A stretch of 63,289 nt of DNA, filler included, from Globobulimina sp. (GCA_003354225.1; 49 parts of 49 records of this genome joined end to end with filler, not necessarily neighbours in it); one strand, 5' to 3'; shown: positions 37,434 through 49,171, counted from the whole stretch's first letter. The notes: a model not told the origin generated them from the letters alone. Made by a program: numbers and translations.

Positions 37434-38324
37434 NNNNNNNNNNNNNNNNNNNNNNNNNNNNNNNNNNNNNNNNNNNNTTAATTAATTAANNNNNNNNNNN
37501 NNNNNNNNNNNNNNNNNNNNNNNNNNNNNNNNNCCAATATAAAGCACCAATATAAAATCACCAGTGTAAAATGGCGAATAGAAATGTACATTTTATATTG
37601 AAGACTTACACTGGTGCTATTACACTGGTGCTTTTTTTTTTTCTTATCACCCGTTTGGCGCTTCCAAGAAAGTCATAAATAAAACATTTTTTAAATCCTG
37701 CGCCAGTACATTTTGCTGCATATTGGTTTTGTATGGCTTTATATGCAAATTGTTTTGCTTGGTTATAATTTTCAATCTCGTCCATGAGAGTAATTGCGAT
37801 GCCTCGATCGTCATAACCAACATCCAAAGCCACGAGAAACCTTAAATTTTATTAATATTCAGATCACAAAAATGTATGAAAATAAAATAAATTAAAATGA
37901 ACCATGGTTCCATGAAAATATACGCAAGAATGCAACAAAAATTGCAACACTTTTTATTTTTGATTTTTTGATTGCGAATTTTCCGTGTTTTCGACTGAAT
38001 TTTACAACGTAGTCAAAAATCGACTACGACATACTACGGGAATTACAATGTTTTACTGACACAAAAAAAGAAAAAAATATTTGTTTGGGGTTTTTATTAT
38101 TATTATTATTATTGATGACTATTTTTCAAATGACTTTTTGATTGCATATACATGCATAGATAGGAGGAAGGAGTACTGTACTTTCATCAATTCACGCTCC
38201 TTGCATGCAATGCACTAAGTGTTCTTCGAAGTTTTAAGTATTAGGTCTCAGAAAATAGTTAGTTAGCAGTAGTCAATTGTATATATGGGCGGCGACGCAG
38301 TCGCCTCATCGGCTAATATAGATA

Positions 38325-38658
38325 GTGATGATCTCATTGAGAGCATCTTATTAAATAAGATTTGGGTCCAAATCCCAATCAAAATATCTTATTTTACCCA
38401 AACAAACGCAGTAAAAGTGGAATTACTCCACTCCTTTTGAGCCGTTTACTCCACTAAGGGCAGTAAAATAGAAACGAAAAACAATGTTGTACGTGATTTG
38501 TAAAAGATTGTACATTATTGGTAAAACAAACAAAAAACAAAACCTTATATAAAACAAAAAAATGTTATCAATTATGTGATAATAAATAAAAAAATGTGAT
38601 GATTGGGATTTGGACCTAAATCTTATTAAATAAGATGCTCTCAACGAGCTATCATCAC
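38325..38658. mobile_element. MITE-like element with ~57-bp terminal inverted repeats
   Basis: TTGAGAGCATCTTATTAAATAAGATTTGGGTCCAAATCCCAATCA is inverted at 38600-38644. Confidence 0.8.
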
Positions 38659-38827
38659 AATAAATTCATTGGCAATCGATGAGGAGATATTTGCCATAAT
38701 AAATATGATGAGCTATGTATATATTTCNNNNNNNNNNNNNNNNNNNNNNNNNNNNNNNNNNNNNNNNNNNNTTAATTAATTAANNNNNNNNNNNNNNNNN
38801 NNNNNNNNNNNNNNNNNNNNNNNNNNN

Positions 38828-40020
38828 AATAAGCCAAACAATGATCCATACGGTGATATATTTTATTATAACAAAGATATAAACAACACAGTTCGCACAC
38901 AAAATGAAATCAATAACATGCGCCAAATGTGGTGGAACTATGATGTTTACCCCATGGCCACATTGCCATTCACGTCATGCGAAGAAAAATACCTCGGATA
39001 TGCACAAGAGCGCTCCGGCGATTTAACATTCAGTAAACCAAACTCCTTCAAATTTCTATGCGTTAATGAGAATTATAATGACGATATTCGACACTCTCAC
39101 ATTGAATGTTAATTATGACACAAAATTCAAAGGAAAAGCACATATCTGTTCCTTCAAAAATGTGTATGCTTACATTGACGACGCCAACCAATTGAAATTT
39201 AAAGCTTTTTGTCGCCACATAGAAAATAAACAAATCTTTGCTGGTATAAAGAAAGCGTATTCTATAGATATTGTTGATGACGCAGCGAATATTGCTAATA
39301 CTGCTAATTATAGCTATTCGCGATCGGATATGAATAAGATATGGTTTTATGATAATGATCTGCGGCAAGGTCGAAAAGGTGAAGCTGGACACCTCGGTAA
39401 TCCATGGCACTGCTTTGGACATTTGGAATATTGGTATCGCATTACTAAAGCAAAAAATATATCTTTTTATAAATATAATTTGACAGTGGTTATGCCGTCA
39501 TATTCTGATTATAACTTTGGTGCTCAAGTGCCAATTTACCATTTCTATGCTCCATTCTTTCAAAATATAATTAATGCGGACACAATTAATGCGGTGGTCC
39601 GCGAGAATGGCGATGCGCACAAAAATAAACTATATTACATCAAGGTACAGTGGGTATACAATATCTGACTATCTGTTATTTGTACATATACATATTATAT
39701 GAATTAAGGAGTTATATATTGATGAAAGATCAGCGAAAGGATGGGGAGCGGCAACAGTTTGGCAAGCAAAGCCTGAGAAAAATTTCTTTGTTGATGATAA
39801 ATGCTTTGATATGAAAGAACCGCGGAGAAGTCATATTTATTATGACATGAAAAAGGATATGATGAATTATTATGAGTCAAGTGATGAATATGCTGATTAT
39901 GATTGGATTGATGAGATAAAAAACATGATTGGGTGGCAGTACTGGCATATTTATGGCGATTTGGATGGATTTATGGCCTCGACTTGTTCTGATGAGTTAG
40001 TAGTTGTTACATCGAGATAT
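38828..40020 (+). CDS. Intron-containing protein fragment, possibly glycosyltransferase 61-like
   Basis: ICSFKNVY and GNPWHCFGHL resemble the GT61 N-x-x-H motif; weak. Confidence 0.35.
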
Positions 40021-40331
40021 NNNNNNNNNNNNNNNNNNNNNNNNNNNNNNNNNNNNNNNNNNNNTTAATTAATTAANNNNNNNNNNNNNNNNNNNNNNNN
40101 NNNNNNNNNNNNNNNNNNNNCTGTCTGCACTTTTGTGTGGTGTCTGGGGTGTGTTCTGGCGTCATAAAGTGATTACACATATGTTCGAGTCAATCAATCA
40201 GAAAAAAATTATTTTTAGAGTTTAGGTTAGACGACACACACAAAAGCAGACAGAACACACACAAAAGAGCAGACAGAGCCCACCCAACACAAACAAGAGC
40301 AGACAGAACACACCCAACACACCAAAGTTTT

Positions 40332-41313
40332 ATGGTGACTACAGCCGCTATTTTCAAAGATGAATTATTTAAACAATATTTATATTTAAATGTGAATGTT
40401 TCGATGCCAATTTATGAGGAAAATATAGTGGGACCAAAATATTTAACAAAAGGAAACAATGATATTATTGAATCGGACTTAGAATTTGATAGAATTACTC
40501 CATTTATTCCATCAACAAACGATGGTTTCCCATTAATTGGTTTTGGCTCATGGCCGCTAACAGGTTCTCACATTCATAAAAGTGGCAGCAATGATGATGT
40601 GATATCCTCATACAATACAAACAGATATTATTCAATAGAAATGTTTGTATTGTATGATGGTAATATTTGTTAATATTTTGCTGGGACACAGGTAGTGAAT
40701 GTAAAGAAGCCGTCTTATTAGCATTAAAAACAGGATATCGTTTGATTGATACATCCGAGAACTATAATAACGAAGTCGTAATTGGAGAGGCAATCCGTGA
40801 AAGTGGTTTGGAGAGAAATAAAATATTAATTGCCTCCAAATTGTCAGATGAAAAGCACTATGGCGAAGGCGTGACATCAGCCGCATTTTATAAGACATTG
40901 GATAATTTGCAAGTGGATTATATGGACATTTATATGCTTCATGGCGCCATTGGAGATAAGCGCAAATTGCGTGAAGCCTGGGTCGAATTAGAAACATTAT
41001 ATAAAGCAAATAAGATCAGATATTTGGGAGTTAGCAATTTCTCACCAAATGATATGAATTTCTTAATGAGATTTGCTACCATTAAACCGCGGTTTGTGCA
41101 AAATAAATACGATCCTTTCACGCACGGACAGCAAATCCCGTGGTTGGCGCCAATCGAAGAATGGGTTATAAATTATAACAGCGAGAATGCGGAAGATTAT
41201 GCCATACTTATTCAGGGATATTGTGTATTGAATGCATGGCCACATCAAATAGCGGCTGTTCATGATTTGCATATTAAATGGATTGCAGATAAATACCATG
41301 TAACCTGTGCACA
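40332..41313 (+). CDS. Aldo-keto reductase, intron 40564-40691, 3' partial
   Basis: PLIGFGSW, GYRLIDTSENYNNE, IASKL, DYMDIYMLH, IRYLGVSNF (D/Y/K/H tetrad present). Confidence 0.93.
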
Positions 41314-41420
41314 NNNNNNNNNNNNNNNNNNNNNNNNNNNNNNNNNNNNNNNNNNNNTTAATTAATTAANNNNNNNNNNNNNNNNNNNNNNNNNNNNNNN
41401 NNNNNNNNNNNNNATCTGGA

Positions 41421-41813
41421 TTATAACTCCAATCCTTCATAATGTGTTTCTACAGTATCAGTTACAGCCGGTTTTTTGCCACTGCCTTCTGTTATCACTT
41501 TGTATTGAAGACCGCTTTCAGTAACTGTAACACCCTCTTTTTTGCTATTTTCACTTAAAAATGCATCCCCGGCTTCAATGTTTTTAGCACCGGCAACTTT
41601 TTGTTCAGCCTGCATTTTATCCTGCATTGCACGCTGAAAATTCTGCATTGTCTGCTGCATTTCGCCAACAGTCATTGTTGGTTTGTCACCATTAAAAGCA
41701 GCCTTAAATGACTCGGCAAAAATTTCAGGATCAACATCAAAACCCTGTCGTCTAAAATCTCCACCAATACTTTGCCCCAGAACATAACTTACTTTATCTG
41801 TTTCCACTTTCAT
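41421..41813 (-). CDS. Bacterial FKBP-type PPIase (FklB/FkpA-like), truncated
   Basis: DKVSYVLGQSIG, GDAFLSEN.KKEGVTVTESGLQYKVITEGSG.KP...V..HYEG. Confidence 0.92.
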   Translation of the reverse strand: MKVETDKVSYVLGQSIGGDFRRQGFDVDPEIFAESFKAAFNGDKPTMTVGEMQQTMQNFQRAMQDKMQAEQKVAGAKNIEAGDAFLSENSKKEGVTVTESGLQYKVITEGSGKKPAVTDTVETHYEGLEL

Positions 41814-41877
41814 TTATTTACCTTTACTTTTTTATAGTTAATATTCAATTCCTTTGACCTGATATACAACATATGAA

Positions 41878-42180
41878 CTATTTATGCATTAATAAGTCGC
41901 AGATTTCCTGTAAATGGGGGTCTAATAACTCCGGCTTTTCCTGGTATTTGTTGAGCATTGAGATTATTGAGGCGGTGTGTTCGATGGGTGACATATCCAA
42001 CGTTTCTAAGAGTTGCTTCAATTTTGGATATTCGCGCACAAAGGATTCCGGATTGTATTCCTCTTCAATGTCAGCAGTCCATTCTGATAAGTTGTACACG
42101 GCGCTGCTTGTTTTCTCTTCGCTCATCGCAATATCCATATCCATGGCGTTGTTGCCCTTGTTTAGTGCGGAAGTGGCCAT
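41878..42180 (-). CDS. TBCD: Tubulin-specific chaperone D N-terminal fragment
   Basis: MLNKYQEKPELLDPHL matches the TBCD YQEQPHLLDPHL motif. Confidence 0.75.
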   Translation of the reverse strand: MATSALNKGNNAMDMDIAMSEEKTSSAVYNLSEWTADIEEEYNPESFVREYPKLKQLLETLDMSPIEHTASIISMLNKYQEKPELLDPHLQEICDLLMHK

Positions 42181-43009
42181 GCTTTAAGTAAGTAAATTTG
42201 TAAAAAACCCAAACACTGTGTTAACCAACATCACCTCTATAATAACCAAGACATATCACAAAAAGTGTTTTGGAATTGCGTGAATACGATACAACTGACT
42301 GGAATCCATACAGCATATTATTTGATAAGTTATTACTTTCGAGGTTGCTGATTTAATAAATGGATATAATGAGGGTATTAATTTATTGATTATAGCAAAT
42401 AATCCATGCTACAAACAAACACATTAAACAATCCAAATGTTTTTAACCTATAAATGTCGACTCTTTTATAATGCTTTTGTTCAATAACAGTTTGTGTGAA
42501 TATATCGGCAAACATTCCTTCTATACAACCCAGTGACAAATCATCATTATCCAATAATATGCAGAGATATGGATACAATTCGAATTAATCAGCAATTTGT
42601 ATTTGANNNNNNNNNNNNNNNNNNNNNNNNNNNNNNNNNNNNNNNNNNNNTTAATTAATTAANNNNNNNNNNNNNNNNNNNNNNNNNNNNNNNNNNNNNN
42701 NNNNNNAAAAATGAATGCACCCATGAAAAAATTCGCATCAACCTGTTCATGTGGTACCAAGTCCTGTCTGGTAGTTAATGTTCTATCTTAAATACTTTAT
42801 GCTTCAAGAACCAAAAACCGACTAACTATTGCAAATCTTTTTTGATACCTTCACGCTATCTGTCCTGTCCTTACAGCACTCACATAAAGGATTGGCTTTA
42901 TGCATCTCTTTCACTTGACAGACACATGACGTCACTCTATTTTTCCCCATTGAATCAGAGTCTGTCACCGATGCAAGCACTTGATCGAATTAATGATTTT
43001 TTGCAATGA

Positions 43010-43500
43010 AATCTGTCCAAAATAGCTTTTACTAATCATCTGTCAGCCATTGCGCATGAAGAAAAAAATCAGCAAAAATTCAGCAGCTAAAAAAGCAAAT
43101 AACAATGACAAAAGCTAAGGAATTTCTCGATTCCTACCCAACTAGTCAAATTCACAAACAAACACGAAAACGGTTTGTTCGCTCTGTAGTATACACAAAA
43201 TGGGTGTACAATGTATAGCAAACAGGTAAGTAGTCACATTGTTGTCAGTGTGAAAATTTGAACATTATTATTTCAGATCTCGCCGATTTCTCCAAGTTCT
43301 CATGGTGGAACAAAGGCAAAAAAATTTGTCATGTTTGTAGAGTGCCTTTCACGCTCAGTACTCATTTTGTTCGATGACCAAGATGGCAAAAGCCTCCGAG
43401 GTGGCGCATGCTTTTGACACCATCCTAAATCAGTCGAAACCTAGGAAACCTGAGCTGGTGTTCAGTGACCAAGGCTCAGAATTCAAACTTTTATTTGACA
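43010..43500 (+). pseudogene. Decayed Polinton/Maverick-type rve integrase with intron 43226-43276
   Basis: KEFLDSYPTSQIHKQTRKRFVRS...V*QT|DLADFSKFSWWNKGKKFV.FVECLSR, frameshift, KASEVAHAFDTIL...RKPELVFSDQGSEF. Confidence 0.8.
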
Positions 43501-43569
43501 GCACAAAATCATCATAGTTACTTTAAATGACCGCAACCCTTGGAACATTATAAATGGTACAGAAGCAAT

Positions 43570-43899
43570 ACTCGACCAAGCTCAAGCCGATCTCGCCTCT
43601 GTTCTCGGGGTGAGTCGTGAGCAAATGGCTGGACTCACAAAAGAAGCGAAGGAATACGGCTCCACTACGAAATTTACGGCGGCAGAAGTCAGCAACCTGC
43701 AACTCGAATTTGCAAAATTAGGCTTCAGTCAGTCCGAGATAAGTAATGTAACAGAGGCAACCCTGCAACTCGCCGCCGCATCTGGGACGGAATTAGCCGA
43801 AGCCGCTGGAGTAGCGGGTGCAACTATTAGAGGATTCGGCCTCGACACGACTGAGACTCATAGAGTCGTTGATGTCATGGCTAAATCATTCAGCTCATC
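43570..43899 (+). CDS. Phage tail tape measure protein fragment (TP901-like)
   Basis: QAQADLASVLG...AKEYGSTTKFTAAEV...FAKLGFS...TLQLAAASG.ELAEAA...IRGFGL...VVDVMA. Confidence 0.88.
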
Positions 43900-44293
43900 N
43901 NNNNNNNNNNNNNNNNNNNNNNNNNNNNNNNNNNNNNNNNNNNTTAATTAATTAANNNNNNNNNNNNNNNNNNNNNNNNNNNNNNNNNNNNNNNNNNNNG
44001 TTTTTGTTTTTAATGAAAATCTAAGAAAAGTCAAAGACTTTAAATAAAAGAACTTCAAACTTTTGAAAAAAAGGGAGTAATGTGGTATATTGACCTTTGT
44101 ACCCCTATTGTAAGCCCCTTAGTGTTCACTACTTTAGTATCTTAGACCTTAGCTAGTCACTAACCCATTCTACCTATACTCCACGATATACCACAGAAAG
44201 AATGGGTCGTATCTATTACAATTACAACGATTTAAAATAGTGTACATTTTGTATTTAGAGTACGTTACTCCGATATTACACATTTCATTACTA

Positions 44294-45052
44294 TTAACTC
44301 TCTTGGTTTTGTGATCTAACAACACATTGTTGCAATACTTGTGCATACTCACTGTGTATAACATTACCATGTTTTGGTTTTAATATTGCTTCAATCCATT
44401 GACAGTAAACATGAATAACATTATTATTGGTCATGCCATTAATCCATTTATTAACAATGCGCTTATTTTCATGATATAAAATACTTTGCAAATTCCATTC
44501 AATAAATTGCTGAAATAAATCCAATCTTTGACGTGCTTCATTTACATTCATTGTCAATATAAATTCTAAACATTTATCAAAATATTCCGGCCTTTTTATT
44601 AATATTAAAGGATCCATAAAATTATTCCTTCCGTGTATGCACCATTTAAATACGCCAATATTATTATATTTTAATATTTGATCAAAATGATTTGATAAAT
44701 AAAAGTATTTATTATTGCTATTGGCCGAACCATGCACTATTTTGCTCATTAAATATTGCATATTTCTCCATAACAATTCATTATTTTCATGCTCATCCTG
44801 AGTGCCTATAATTAATTCAACAAACATTTGTTTCAAAAACGTAACAATCGATTTCTTATATAGTTGTTTGGTTGAATATGAATGGTAATTTTTTATCACT
44901 GAATCCATCAAAAATTTCCATTTTTTATACTCTTTGCGTTGCCCACTGCAAATATCTGTTATTTGAGTCATAAAATCATGATATTTAAACCTATGAAACC
45001 ATTCTTTTGTATCATCGCAGAAAAAGGGATATCTTGCCAATATTTTCAACAT
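44294..45052 (-). CDS. Hypothetical helical protein fragment
   Basis: 252-aa open frame in very AT-rich DNA. Confidence 0.45.
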   Translation of the reverse strand: MLKILARYPFFCDDTKEWFHRFKYHDFMTQITDICSGQRKEYKKWKFLMDSVIKNYHSYSTKQLYKKSIVTFLKQMFVELIIGTQDEHENNELLWRNMQYLMSKIVHGSANSNNKYFYLSNHFDQILKYNNIGVFKWCIHGRNNFMDPLILIKRPEYFDKCLEFILTMNVNEARQRLDLFQQFIEWNLQSILYHENKRIVNKWINGMTNNNVIHVYCQWIEAILKPKHGNVIHSEYAQVLQQCVVRSQNQES

Positions 45053-45292
45053 TTTAGTATTATCCTGATAAAAATCAAAAATCAGCTTAAAGTCTTTTGG
45101 AAATATTCGGCCTCTATAAAATTTAAAATAGAAATTTGCTAAAATTTTGTTCTTTTTATTGGTGCCAGACTCAACACATTGATTTACAATCCNNNNNNNN
45201 NNNNNNNNNNNNNNNNNNNNNNNNNNNNNNNNNNNNTTAATTAATTAANNNNNNNNNNNNNNNNNNNNNNNNNNNNNNNNNNNNNNNNNNNN

Positions 45293-46058
45293 AGTTCAAA
45301 TGCTCAACACCAGATTCAATATGCTTCTTAACTTCACATTCGTTTAATAAGTCATCTATTTTTATTATAGTTTCATTTTGGGCACATACTCCCGCTAAGC
45401 CACGCCCCTTCTGCATATCTGCTTCAAATGGTTTTGTTGCAATAATTTTTGTTATCATATCCCCTGTCTCAGCAATACGCCAAAGACCAATATCTTTTGC
45501 TCCAATTGCTTTCATACAATCCTTTATAATCCATCCAGATGTTTTCTCAGGATCTGATGAAATTTTATTTAGGTTATCGCTGAGTATTTGAAAAGCAGCT
45601 TCAACTTTTATTGATTTTGTTAAAAATGAAATATTGTCAACTAAGGATTTAGTAAATGCAATAAATGATGCGTTATTTTGTTTCAATAATAACAATACTG
45701 CACCAATAGAGCGCCCAAACCCAAACGATATCGGAATTTTTACTATTATAGTTTTGTCAAACTCACTAACTGAACCAATATACAAATCATTTTTAAAAAG
45801 AAATCTATCATCACTTATCTTTGACAATATGTTTTCTTCTTCAATGCTTTTTGGAAAATAATATTTCTTCCCAGTACCCTTTCCGATTTGAGGTACCGCA
45901 ACGACTTGGTAATAGATCAGGTCATCATGACCGGAAAAATTCTCACTCAAATATTCATGAGCCCAACGCGCAAACGCGATCCCTCCTTCCAGGACTGCTG
46001 ATGGTGCATTAAGAACAGCATTATTTTCTATACAATTATCTACCATACGAGACCACAA
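45293..46058 (-). CDS. Bacterial GAF-domain protein fragment
   Basis: IGLWRI...MQKGRGLAGVCAQNETIIKIDDL is a typical GAF segment. Confidence 0.6.
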
Positions 46059-46297
46059 TACAACGTTGTGTAGCTGTTCAGTTATTGGGTGGAATTTGTC
46101 CTAAGCAGATGCCGGCATCTTGACTCATGATCAGGTTCAAGAAACCAACCCGTGTCAACTTGACAGAGCCTTTATTTTTCCGCGCCAGCCATCTCTACAC
46201 CCCCAGCTGCAATTAATTCACGAACAATTAGGACATTCGCTTATTTTGGGACTTCTTTCAAGCTAAATTTACATCGCAGGGATGCACGGAGCCTAAC

Positions 46298-46485
46298 GGT
46301 TCTGTCGCAAATTTTGGTAGATTGCGGGTTCATGCATTGCGCTGGACACAGTTATCCAGCGAGCGCCGCGAATTGCTGGAATGCAGATTGGCCCGTCGCC
46401 TCGAATTGTCGCTTGTCGATCATGTGTGCGACTTTGATGCCTTCCAGTGTTGCAGAGGCTAAATTGAAGGATTTGAAACCCTTCA
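46298..46485 (-). mobile_element. IS6-family element right end (transposase C-terminus 46352-46484 and inverted repeat)
   Basis: KGFKSFNLASATLEGIKVAHMIDKRQF...SAFQQFAALAG*; IR GGTTCTGTCGCAAA at 46298-46311. Confidence 0.88.
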
Positions 46486-46585
46486 NNNNNNNNNNNNNNN
46501 NNNNNNNNNNNNNNNNNNNNNNNNNNNNNTTAATTAATTAANNNNNNNNNNNNNNNNNNNNNNNNNNNNNNNNNNNNNNNNNNNN

Positions 46586-47718
46586 TGACGCACGGCACCA
46601 AACCACTAAATAATAATCGATATAAATTTGTAAAATATATAAATATTAAGATCAAGAACGTCGACGTTGTCATTGCCAATCCGATAAATGGTATTTTCCT
46701 GTTTTGTTCCCAAAAGGAGTCATTCAATATATTTTTATCTCGAATCTCTTCCCGCAAACGATCTCTTTTTGACATCGGATTCATTGATATTACGCTCATC
46801 CGCTTATTATTATTGCTTGAATTGCCATCACCTGAGCCATAACTGTTTGACTTTGTATTTGGAACAGATTTCATTGGCTTTGCTGTCTCTTTACGCAGTC
46901 CATTTGTACGTGAATTGCATTTTAATCCTATTTTTTCCTCATCCATGCTCTTGTATATTTAATTATATTTATACAGCAATGTTAATGTTATTGTATGTAT
47001 GGGAAACGTTTTCGTAATAACGATTGTAATAATATTAGGTATACAATACGCAACATATAATATACAAATGGCAAACCTGAGCATTATTTACATATTGTTC
47101 CTCAGGGATCGGTTCGATGGCCGATGAGGTTGCATTTGAAACTGATATGGATACAGATTGCGGCGCACGCAATGCCTTTGGTACTTGCATTTTGATCATT
47201 TGTTGCGGCCCCGATATGGATACAGATGCAGGTACACGTACAGGTGCAGGTGGTGGCGGTATGGATGTTTTCTGTAATCGTATTTTAGATTTTGTACGTT
47301 TATGGTTTTTTAATTTCTTTTTTTTATGCATATGGGAATAGTTTGACTGTGCACGTTTATGTGATTTGGATGCTTGATATTGTATGGTGTATGTTGAGGG
47401 ATATGCTGCATATTGATTATCAGAAGCGTCTTCATGCGAATTTGCATTAATTTGTGGTGGTAGTTGGTGTGCAGACATATATTTATATGATGGGATGAAT
47501 GTGTATGCGCTTTGCGTTGATGTTATGGATCTAGCATCAAACAATGATGGTATTGGGGGATGGGGGATGTTTTTATTTAGAGAACGACTGTTTGGCGATA
47601 ATACTGTTTTTGCTATGTCATGGTGCTCCTTTAGCGAATATGAATTGCGTTTGATTATACGGTCAATTGGATCATTGTGTTGATATTTGCTGCTGTTTGA
47701 TGTTGTGACTTGCCACAT
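46586..47718 (-). CDS. Hypothetical membrane protein N-terminus, two exons
   Basis: Disordered ORF, AT-rich intron-like gap near 46953-47074, then an ORF ending in a hydrophobic segment. Confidence 0.5.
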
Positions 47719-48189
47719 GATTTGATGCTTGATAGAATTCTTTATTTAAGCAGAGTTTTTTTACCTAATTTGTACTCCNNNNNNNNNNNNNNNNNNNNNN
47801 NNNNNNNNNNNNNNNNNNNNNNTTAATTAATTAANNNNNNNNNNNNNNNNNNNNNNNNNNNNNNNNNNNNNNNNNNNNTTATATCATTACAATATACCTT
47901 TAACAATAAATTATTTGTTCTTGCAAAACATTTAGTAAAGTTTCAATCTCTATAAACTCTTTCACTAATACATTGCCACCCATACACATCAGTCAATTTT
48001 TATGATTAATCAAAGAACAGACACTCTTAAAACGAAGCAAAACCTCAAAACAACAAAGTGCAATACAACATAAATAAGTATGAATCATAAGTTTACATTA
48101 GGAACCGACCAATAACACAAAAGTAAACAATGAATCATACACAAAAGTCGAAAACAATGCAAAGTCAGAAATCTTCACCAAAAGTCAAT

Positions 48190-48765
48190 TCAACATTCAT
48201 ATGAGTCTTTGTCATATCCGTATGGAGTGAAACATCTTTCGTCCTCACAATCACCACCTTCCGAATCAACTTCATCATCTTCGCCATCGCTCACCACCAT
48301 TTCCAAGCACCCTTCCATTCCGCCACACACACTTTCGATGAAATGGGACAATTTGGCTTCGAGATATGTGGCCAACCAATCGCAAACCTTCAACACCTCT
48401 TCTTGATCATCATGAACTTGCACAGCCAAATGACCGGCCACACAGAACAAACACAGTACAAATTCGGCCTCGATCTTTTCTCCGGAAAACAGCACTCTGT
48501 CGCAAGCGACCATAAAATGATGAAAATCGGTCTTAAAATCGATGTCGATTTCGTTCACAGCAGTTTCGATCAAAGTTTCGTACACTCTATCGCAATAGTA
48601 ATAAGCCTTGTTGCACAACAAGGAAACGACACTGCCCAATTCAGGTGTCAAAGGACCGGGCAATCCGTTCGCACAATCATTCATATCCATGTCCCATTCC
48701 CGTTTCAAACGATATTTAACGTAGGCGAAGGACAGATCCTTCCAGTATTCACCTGGTTCGGCCAT
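48190..48765 (-). CDS. Divergent Bcl-2-family-like protein
   Basis: BH4-like [10 protein letters not shown], BH3-position helix, BH1-like [25 protein letters not shown], BH2-like [23 protein letters not shown], in the correct order and spacing. Confidence 0.7.
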   Translation of the reverse strand: [191 protein letters not shown]

Positions 48766-49171
48766 TATCGCAACTCACAACCAGAAGATTAAATTACAAC
48801 ACACCAACCAGTCATCGACAAAAAACAATTAGAACCTAGACCACCAACCACCTGTTGCACATCAATCAAATTTGACAGCTCACTCGACAGGATTCAAGTA
48901 AATAGTATGACTCATCATCATAGCCTTCACTAAATTTTAAAAATTTAAAACAAACTCCATTGCGTACGCTTCTGTCTGGTTAAAACTGAGCGTCTAATAC
49001 ATATAATAATAGTAACTGAATTACTAATATCTCTTTTATCTACTTTATCTATTAATTCATACATATACTGANNNNNNNNNNNNNNNNNNNNNNNNNNNNN
49101 NNNNNNNNNNNNNNNTTAATTAATTAANNNNNNNNNNNNNNNNNNNNNNNNNNNNNNNNNNNNNNNNNNNN

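Noticed and set aside
43010-43899. Polinton integrase linked to a phage tape measure gene as a hybrid element
   Set aside because: A decayed intron-bearing eukaryotic sequence abuts an intact, GC-richer phage fragment mid-gene; probably an amplification chimera
46150-46171. Second IS-like terminal repeat (GGCTCTGTCAAGTTGACAC on the minus strand)
   Set aside because: No partner repeat or transposase could be identified; too short to support
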